Under the pieces are notes generated by a model, which was given only the letters and a program-made list of their open reading frames with translations, was not told where the DNA came from and did not search any database. Made by a program: the position numbers and the translations under genes. DNA of 64,000 nucleotides from Pelagibacterales bacterium SAG-MED17 (GTDB taxonomy: Bacteria > Pseudomonadota > Alphaproteobacteria > Pelagibacterales > Pelagibacteraceae): NCBI GenBank assembly GCA_014654115.1, contig JACWDO010000003.1, forward strand, positions 7,303-71,302, written 5' to 3'. Below are positions 58,835 through 64,000 of this stretch, piece by piece. Position 1 is the stretch's first letter; every line of letters starts with the position of its first letter.

Positions 58835-59349
58835 TTACACCATCCGTCTTTTTGAATTAACGCAGGTTGATAATCACTTGCAACATGTGTTTTTACCCAT
58901 AATGCAATTCTTTTTTTTGAAGAATTATTTGGGCAATCTGTTTCATCAAACCTCATTCTCCCATTTGTGTCATTTGAACTATTTCTGCCAGTATAAACAA
59001 CAATTACTGAATTATCATAGGGATTTGTATAACCTTGGTCTAAGAAATAATTAATAAAAATATTATTCAAGCCATTAATACCACCAGGGTTATTGTTAAC
59101 ATCGCAATTTATTGATCTCGTATCACTTAGCGTTAACATCCCACCACCTTGAACATCACATAATTTTAGTGTGTTATTTATAAATTTTACCGCTTGAGCA
59201 TGTTGTTGAAGAGTGGCATTTCTTTTTGCACTTTGTGTATAACCATTATAAGCTACAACACCTACAGCAGCTAGAATACCGATGATGGCTACGACGACTA
59301 AAAGCTCAATTAATGTGAAACCATCTCTGTTTATGGCGTCCTTTACCAT
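58831..59349 (-). CDS. Type IV pilin-like protein (array copy 10, last)
   Basis: G|FTLIELLVVVAIIGILAAVGVVAYNGYT class III signal. Confidence 0.9.
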   Translation of the reverse strand: MVKDAINRDGFTLIELLVVVAIIGILAAVGVVAYNGYTQSAKRNATLQQHAQAVKFINNTLKLCDVQGGGMLTLSDTRSINCDVNNNPGGINGLNNIFINYFLDQGYTNPYDNSVIVVYTGRNSSNDTNGRMRFDETDCPNNSSKKRIALWVKTHVASDYQPALIQKDGWCN

Positions 59350-59882
59350 TGATAAAAAGATACTTGATCTTCGATTCTGTTTTCAGCTTTGTTGCATGGT
59401 GATTTAAAACATGTAAACATATTTACCCATACTTCTCTATTTGAGTTTGACGGTACTTGTAAAAAGACAAAACCTGCATGTGTGTTTGACATATTCCCTT
59501 CTTGTAAAACGTACATGTTTTTTCCATTCCAGTTGCTTACACTAGACGAATTACTCCAATCCATCATGTTATTTATATGATTTTTAAAATATTCTGGAAA
59601 AAAAGCTTGGACATTTCCATAGCAAGTATGCGAGCTATAATTTTTACTATTTAACGTACTCATTAATTGAACAGTGCCACCAATTTCACAATTCGTAATT
59701 ACCAATTTTACTTCTTTAACGACTATTTTATGATTTGACTTTGTTACTGAAGCATTGGCGCTTGAGGTGTAACCATTATAAGCCACCACTCCTACTGCAG
59801 CTAGAATACCGATGATAGCTACAACGACTAATAGTTCTATTAGAGTAAAAGCTCTAAAATTTTTATTTCCACTGTGTTTCAT
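59343..59882 (-). CDS. Type IV pilin-like protein (copy 9)
   Basis: A|FTLIELL...; nearest in-frame ATG (MKHSGNKNFRA) lies inside the 3' end of copy 8. Confidence 0.88.
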   Translation of the reverse strand: MKHSGNKNFRAFTLIELLVVVAIIGILAAVGVVAYNGYTSSANASVTKSNHKIVVKEVKLVITNCEIGGTVQLMSTLNSKNYSSHTCYGNVQAFFPEYFKNHINNMMDWSNSSSVSNWNGKNMYVLQEGNMSNTHAGFVFLQVPSNSNREVWVNMFTCFKSPCNKAENRIEDQVSFYQW

Positions 59883-60387
59883 ATTTCTTAATATTTGAAT
59901 TATCACTGCACGGGCTGTCAATACAAGTACAAATTTCGATAGTCTTTGAGGATGTTTTATAATCCATATTTACATATCCAATATATTTTTCCTGAGTACA
60001 TGCCCAACTATTTCCTTCCATTGCAACGTAGTTTCTACCCCAAGGTTCTTTTGTATGATTATTTTTCCATTCAATTGAATTATTTAAATCATTTGTAAAA
60101 TACTGTCTAAATAACAAATATGTGTTTACATCATACCAACAACCTTTTTCATATTCTGTCTTATCATTAGCTTTCATCATCAGTTTTACTTTGCCATTAG
60201 AACTAATGTTGCATTTTTGTATTAATAAATTCAGTTTTTTGACTGCTGTATTGTGATTAGATTTAGATACTGAGACTTTAGCGCTATTAGTATATCCATT
60301 ATAAGCAACGACACCTACTGCAGCAAGAATACCGATGATGGCTACTACGACTAAAAGTTCTATTAGGGTGAATCCTTTTTGTTTCAT
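59863..60387 (-). CDS. Type IV pilin-like protein (copy 8)
   Basis: MKQKG|FTLIELL... Confidence 0.92.
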   Translation of the reverse strand: MKQKGFTLIELLVVVAIIGILAAVGVVAYNGYTNSAKVSVSKSNHNTAVKKLNLLIQKCNISSNGKVKLMMKANDKTEYEKGCWYDVNTYLLFRQYFTNDLNNSIEWKNNHTKEPWGRNYVAMEGNSWACTQEKYIGYVNMDYKTSSKTIEICTCIDSPCSDNSNIKKYETQWK

Positions 60388-60872
60388 TAATTAACATTAA
60401 TCATAGTGCTTCTACGATTATTAGGATCAGAGCATGGAATTTTATAACATAATGAACAAAAAATTTGTGTGTCATTATTTTCTGAATTAATCAAAGTTTT
60501 GCCTAACGCGTCATCACTATTATCTTTTCCGCTTGTCACGGCTCTTCTTCTGCCCCAAGAAGCATCACTTGGTACATAGGGGTTAATATCTTTTGAGGTA
60601 TTTTCCATACAAATAATTAGTTTAACTGCTCCTCCAGAAACAATATCACTACATGGTAAACATCCTGAGATTATTCTTGAATTTCCAAGAGAGCACAGTT
60701 GAACCTCTGCAGGAATATATTTTTGACATACATTTGAATAAATACTTTTAACTGAATTTTCTTTAGCACTTTCAGTGTAACCATTGTAAGCAACTACTCC
60801 TACTGCAGCTAGAATACCAATGATGGCTACAACGACTAGGAGTTCTATTAGGGTGAAGGCTTTTTGTTTCAT
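60387..60872 (-). CDS. Type IV pilin-like protein (copy 7)
   Basis: MKQKA|FTLIELL...; Cys-rich body. Confidence 0.92.
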   Translation of the reverse strand: MKQKAFTLIELLVVVAIIGILAAVGVVAYNGYTESAKENSVKSIYSNVCQKYIPAEVQLCSLGNSRIISGCLPCSDIVSGGAVKLIICMENTSKDINPYVPSDASWGRRRAVTSGKDNSDDALGKTLINSENNDTQIFCSLCYKIPCSDPNNRRSTMINVN

Positions 60873-61403
60873 TTAAAAAAGAATATCAAAAGTTTTACTT
60901 TTTGCTTGTCCAGTAGACTCTACACAGGTATCGACATACAAAACTGCTTTATTTGAATACCATCCCATAGCAACATGATGGACACCTTGTTCATTAAGAC
61001 CACCCCATCCTTTTGGTTGAGATCCACTAGAAACACATGTTCCTTGATACCGTCCTCCATGTACTGCAGGTATACTTGGGCTATATGCATTTTTAATTAT
61101 TGAGTTAAAATAAGCACTCATTGCACTTGTTACAGTTCCATAATTATTTTTAGAAGTTAGAATATCAGAACAATTAAGTAAATTACTTCCATTATAATTT
61201 AGCAACCCCCCAGATGATTCCATCTCACACTTCTTAATCTCATTAAGCATAGTTTTATAAATAATATTATGATTTGCCTGCGTTACTCTTTTTTTTGCAC
61301 TAGCTGTATATCCATTATAAGCAACCACTCCTACTGCAGCTAGGATACCGATGATAGCTACTACGACTAGGAGTTCTATAAGTGTAAATCCTTTTTGCTT
61401 CAT
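60873..61403 (-). CDS. Type IV pilin-like protein (copy 6)
   Basis: MKQKG|FTLIELL... Confidence 0.92.
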   Translation of the reverse strand: MKQKGFTLIELLVVVAIIGILAAVGVVAYNGYTASAKKRVTQANHNIIYKTMLNEIKKCEMESSGGLLNYNGSNLLNCSDILTSKNNYGTVTSAMSAYFNSIIKNAYSPSIPAVHGGRYQGTCVSSGSQPKGWGGLNEQGVHHVAMGWYSNKAVLYVDTCVESTGQAKSKTFDILF

Positions 61404-61933
61404 TATGGTACTGTAATATCTTTCTTCGACATATCACCACTAAAATTATTATCCCATCTCATTTCCAGTCTCATAATTTTTGGTGAGCCTGATACATTAG
61501 TTATAAAAACATAGCCTGCAGCTTGACTGTTCATAAGTTTTGAAGAAGGATACCCAGAATTTGAACAGTGAAGAACATATTCACTATCTACGTTGTTTTT
61601 TATATAATGATCTGTGTAAGGATTTTTCCATTTCAAAGATTTAAAATGAGCTGTTAAAATGTGACAAGCACCCAAAGGGCTATTATTACAATATCCACTA
61701 GTTACATCTTTTGAATTTCCTGATTGATCATTCATCTTTATAGGTTCACCTAAATCACATTTTGTATAATTTAAACTTATGAAGTTAACAATTTCATTAA
61801 AGTTATGTTTAATTGCATTTTTTTTTGCACTTGCTGTATATCCATTATAAGCAACCACTCCTACAGCAGCTAGAATACCGATGATGGCGACAACGACTAG
61901 GAGTTCTATTAGGGTGAAGGCTTTACGGTTCAT
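61403..61933 (-). CDS. Type IV pilin-like protein (copy 5)
   Basis: MNRKA|FTLIELL... Confidence 0.92.
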   Translation of the reverse strand: MNRKAFTLIELLVVVAIIGILAAVGVVAYNGYTASAKKNAIKHNFNEIVNFISLNYTKCDLGEPIKMNDQSGNSKDVTSGYCNNSPLGACHILTAHFKSLKWKNPYTDHYIKNNVDSEYVLHCSNSGYPSSKLMNSQAAGYVFITNVSGSPKIMRLEMRWDNNFSGDMSKKDITVP

Positions 61934-61936
61934 AAA

Positions 61937-62470
61937 TTAATTTAATGGGACACTGTCTGTTAGTGATTTACCTTTGCCATGACATAATTCTGTTAAAGAC
62001 TCAGGTTCGCATGTATATTTCGTATCAACAATTAATACTGATGGAGAGCCAGATTTAGTAATCAATTTAGTTGCACCAGTTGTTCCTTCTCCCTCTGTTC
62101 CTCCTGTTTCAACTGCTTCAATACATGTGCCAGAATTATGTTTCCAACCCATTGGATTGCACCATTTAAGACTGTTAAAGTGATATGATAATTGTGTTGC
62201 CATCTTATTAGCATTGCCAGCTAAAACATATGGACAAAGATCACTTGTATTTGTTGTAGGGTTTTGTTTTAAAATTAATTCCTCTCCAATTTCACATTTT
62301 GCAAAATTTACTTTTATAAAATTTACTACAGTTTTATGATTTGATTTAGATGTGTTAATCTTTGCGCTCTTGGTGTACCCATTGTAAGCAACCACTCCTA
62401 CTGCAGCAAGGATACCTATGATGGCTACAACGACTAGGAGTTCTATGAGTGTAAAGGCTTTTTGTTTCAT
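61937..62470 (-). CDS. Type IV pilin-like protein (copy 4)
   Basis: MKQKA|FTLIELL...; start moved to ATG at 62470. Confidence 0.92.
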   Translation of the reverse strand: MKQKAFTLIELLVVVAIIGILAAVGVVAYNGYTKSAKINTSKSNHKTVVNFIKVNFAKCEIGEELILKQNPTTNTSDLCPYVLAGNANKMATQLSYHFNSLKWCNPMGWKHNSGTCIEAVETGGTEGEGTTGATKLITKSGSPSVLIVDTKYTCEPESLTELCHGKGKSLTDSVPLN

Positions 62471-62477
62471 AAATAGA

Positions 62478-62975
62478 TTAATAGTCAATTGGTATGATGG
62501 TTTCGATATATTTCTCAACTCTGTTAAGCAAACAAGGATCGCCATAACATGTTCCAATTAAAATATGAGTTTTAGGATTGTAGGGACTTTGCAAACGAAT
62601 AAAACCAGTGGATCCACTATTATTACTATAACTTCCGCCATCAGTTACAACAGTTTTACCAGGTTCGTATATGTGATCTAAATTTGAAAAAGTTTTAACA
62701 ATTGCATCAACAACGTTTTGATAAGTTTTACCTGAGCAGGATAAATTACCTTCCATTACGGTAGACTCGATATTACATTTGGCAAGTTCCGCGGCAATAT
62801 ATTTAATCACTTGACTATGTTGTGTTTTGACAGCAGATTCTTTAGCACTTTTGGTATACCCATTATAAGCAACTACCCCTACTGCAGCTAAAATACCAAT
62901 GATAGCTACGACGACTAAGAGTTCTATTAAAGTGAAGGCTTTATGGTCCAGCTTTTTTCCATGTATTTTTTGCAT
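62478..62975 (-). CDS. Type IV pilin-like protein (copy 3)
   Basis: A|FTLIELL...; start ATG (MQKIHGKKLDHKA) lies 35 nt inside copy 2. Confidence 0.85.
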   Translation of the reverse strand: MQKIHGKKLDHKAFTLIELLVVVAIIGILAAVGVVAYNGYTKSAKESAVKTQHSQVIKYIAAELAKCNIESTVMEGNLSCSGKTYQNVVDAIVKTFSNLDHIYEPGKTVVTDGGSYSNNSGSTGFIRLQSPYNPKTHILIGTCYGDPCLLNRVEKYIETIIPIDY

Positions 62976-63495
62976 TAGTTTTTATTTGTGTCCATGTGTT
63001 TTTGCATCCAGTATTTACTTGAGACCATGTATTTTTAGCATTTGTTTTTACTGGTGTCCAAATAGTTCCAAAATTTGCTGAAGAAATTTTTTGAGTTTTA
63101 GGAGAATAAACATTAACAGAATAATTACCCTTAGATGGCATTGTAATTGATACTGTACCTAATGTGCAAGGATTTGAGCTTATTCCTGATGTGTTTGATG
63201 AGTAGGGGTTTTTTATATTCATACTTTTATTAATATAAGTACTTATCATTGACGTTGGGGGTGGATTAGAATTTCCACAACTATAATTATTAAAAACTAT
63301 GTTTGTACTATCTATTTCACACTTCATAAATTCAAACATTAATGATTTGTTTATATTTTTATAGTTTAATTCTGTTGTTTTTTCTTTAGCAGAATTTGTG
63401 TACCCATTATAGGCAACTACACCAACTGCAGATAAAATTCCAATGATTGCTACAACGACTAAGAGTTCTATTAATGTAAAACCTTTTTGTTCCAT
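62941..63495 (-). CDS. Type IV pilin-like protein (copy 2) with Trp-periodic C-terminal repeats
   Basis: MEQKG|FTLIELLVVVAIIGILSAVG... Confidence 0.9.
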   Translation of the reverse strand: MEQKGFTLIELLVVVAIIGILSAVGVVAYNGYTNSAKEKTTELNYKNINKSLMFEFMKCEIDSTNIVFNNYSCGNSNPPPTSMISTYINKSMNIKNPYSSNTSGISSNPCTLGTVSITMPSKGNYSVNVYSPKTQKISSANFGTIWTPVKTNAKNTWSQVNTGCKNTWTQIKTNAKNTWKKAGP

Positions 63496-63499
63496 AATA

Positions 63500-63979
63500 T
63501 TATGGATACTGAGATTTTGGCCACTGATGAGAGGTAACTTTTCCTCTACATCTTACTCTTAATTTAAATCCTGCAGACTCTGGATAATAGGCAAATTGCC
63601 CATCTTTAGGTGGATCACCAATATAACTTAATATTCCTAAATTATAATCTAAGTCCTCATATGGACTCTTCGCATAGTTGGTAAAATGTTTGACAGTTTC
63701 TCCAGCTATGGTTCCAAAATTTGAACAAGATATATCTCTTGCAGTACCTTCTTTATTATTTGTATATTGACCTTTCAAAGACACTTTTCCATCTATATCG
63801 CACAAAGTCCAATGCTGATTAATTAGTCTTTTTAAAGTTGCATAATGATTTAAACAAACTTTTTCTTTTGCACTAGCTGTATAACCATTATAAGCAACAA
63901 CACCTACTGCAGCAAGAATACCGATGATTGCTACTACGACTAGGAGTTCAATTAGGGTGAATGCTTTAATTTTAATCAT
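63500..63979 (-). CDS. Type IV pilin-like protein (copy 1 in window)
   Basis: MIKIKA|FTLIELL... Confidence 0.92.
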   Translation of the reverse strand: MIKIKAFTLIELLVVVAIIGILAAVGVVAYNGYTASAKEKVCLNHYATLKRLINQHWTLCDIDGKVSLKGQYTNNKEGTARDISCSNFGTIAGETVKHFTNYAKSPYEDLDYNLGILSYIGDPPKDGQFAYYPESAGFKLRVRCRGKVTSHQWPKSQYP

Positions 63980-64000
63980 TTAAATGGAATATGAATTGTA

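Larger units (their letters stand above)
59234..63965 (-). repeat. Ten dispersed direct repeats of about 87 nt (pilin constant region) spaced 481-544 bp apart
   Basis: Plus-strand core acgacta at 59294, 59824, 60347, 60832, 61363, 61893, 62430, 62911, 63455 and 63936. Confidence 0.93.

Noticed and set aside
61289-61826. A8-A9 homopolymers in pilin genes as phase-variation tracts
   Set aside because: Equally long A/T runs are common in housekeeping genes throughout this AT-rich window, and all frames are intact.
62471-62557. Long N-terminal extensions of pilin copy 4 (and 59883-59921 of copy 9) in the ORF track
   Set aside because: They overlap the upstream gene extensively; closer ATGs give typical short prepilin leaders.
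59234-63965. Pilin repeats as a CRISPR array or a diversity-generating retroelement
   Set aside because: The repeats are in-frame coding, degenerate mainly at third positions and about 500 bp apart. There are no cas or RT genes in the window and no template/variable pair differing only at adenines.
59234-63965. Classical integron attC cassettes or an inversion shufflon
   Set aside because: There is no intergenic space or RYYYAAC/GTTRRRY box pair, all copies have the same orientation, and no tyrosine recombinase is in the window.

Overview
Very AT-rich, densely packed window from a streamlined marine alphaproteobacterium, most consistent with SAR11/Pelagibacterales (gene order plus a dmdA-dmdB-dmdC cluster). 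About 1-35 kb is core genome: ctpA, rppH, F1 ATP synthase atpHAGDC, priA, the TCA cluster (sdhCDAB, mdh, sucCDAB, lpdA) with an embedded mmsA, asd, DMSP demethylation genes, leuCDB, ffh-rpsP-trmD-rplS (no rimM) with a structured ffh leader RNA, dapF and ftsY. About 35-53 kb is a small organic-acid region: a GGT-family amidohydrolase, an oxalate-CoA-ligase-like enzyme and a PanE-like reductase, a TRAP transporter, several 2-hydroxyacid dehydrogenases/oxidases and an aminotransferase. A PagL-like gene, ccmCDEFGH, hspQ, yciB and a DUF2794-like gene follow. The most striking feature is at 58.8-64 kb: at least ten tandem type IV pilin-like genes. They share a virtually identical 28-aa N-terminal segment but have highly divergent bodies. 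Some synonymous positions are invariant (TAGTCGT in 10/10 copies), the constant regions are mosaic, and several start codons sit inside the previous gene. This suggests a recombining pilin cassette array. All calls come from motif recognition and reading the sequence; no database searches were run.
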